From Protoeuglena noctilucae (taxonomy: Eukaryota): a DNA stretch of 64,000 nt. Below, in pieces: positions 63,501 through 64,000 of the stretch; the first letter of the stretch is position 1, and every line of letters begins with the position of its first letter. The notes under the pieces were generated by a model. The model was not told the DNA's origin. It saw only the letters and a program-made list of their open reading frames with translations, and searched no databases. The position numbers and the translations under genes were made by a program. The DNA is taken from assembly GCA_958009085.1 (NCBI GenBank), contig OY253674.1, positions 806,001 through 870,000 on the forward strand, given 5' to 3'.

Positions 63501-64000
63501 GGTTGCCATCTGCCGGCCCTGCCCAGCCCGTCCCGGGCGGCGTGACTGGCGACGACGATGGCGCGGCGGCCGGGGTGGGGACGGGCGAGGGCATGGATTG
63601 GCAGGCCGTCGTCCCTCGGGAGCGCGAGTCGGGGCAGGCTGCTGCCAGCGTGGCTGCCGGTGCTGGGGAGGCAGCGCCGGACGCCGGGGCGGGGCTAGGC
63701 GTTCCTGCAGAGACGGGGTTGGGGACTGCCCCCGTGGCTGGGGTGCAGATGGCTGGAGAGTCTGGGCCGATGGCTGTGGCAGAGGTCGAGATGTCAGTCA
63801 TGGCAGAGGCTGGGCCGCAGGAGGTGGCTGCAAATGCCGGGCCAGCGGCGGCAGCTGCGCCTGCCTCAGTGGGTGACGGTCAGGTTGGGGAAGCGGCGAC
63901 GGCGCATGGGGACCCGGCCGATGGTCCCGCGCCCCTGGCCGGAGCTGAGGGGTCAAAGAGCGCACCTGGAGTCGCAGTCGACGTCTCTGATGCCGCAGGG
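57572..64000 (+). CDS. NCoR/SNT1/POWERDRESS-type double-SANT corepressor-like protein; 3' truncated by window
   Basis: DMVLD...FLSRNNLVDP...PWTARERQTFI-DRFNQFPKDFPKVAAALPGRTMSECIMFFYRNQK (DAD/SANT1); WTPAEEAALM..VRKTGLDLQFLA..GRTGPECMAYF (SANT2); upstream coiled coil; Q/A-rich tail. Confidence 0.82.

Overview
Gene-dense, very GC-rich (about 70% by eye) eukaryotic nuclear DNA with short spliceosomal introns (mostly ~60-250 nt). The gene set points to a flagellate chlorophyte green alga: plastid DiT1/OMT translocator, parvulin-rhodanese STR12, plant-type eIF4B, and centriolar HYLS1- and FAM184-like proteins. A pedinophyte-like compact genome is a guess, not a result. About 26 multi-exon genes were reconstructed by hand: LepA/GUF1 (3' end), NUS1, DDHD phospholipase, NDUFA6, FAM184-like, prolyl 4-hydroxylase, STR12, a PLAT-PP2C fusion, DiT1, a 2OG-Fe(II) oxygenase, BolA, COG5, an ankyrin protein, RAD51, a stand-alone P-domain secreted protein, eIF4B, HYLS1-like, uS5m, importin-7/8, CWC25, a rhomboid, an NCoR/SNT1-type SANT protein and several unknowns. 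The most striking signal is an unusually high frequency of GC-AG introns: about 16 of very roughly 120-130 introns, typical donor AG|GCGAGR, several forced by conserved protein motifs. No mobile element, RNA gene or CRISPR array was recognised. Exon boundaries are manual inferences.
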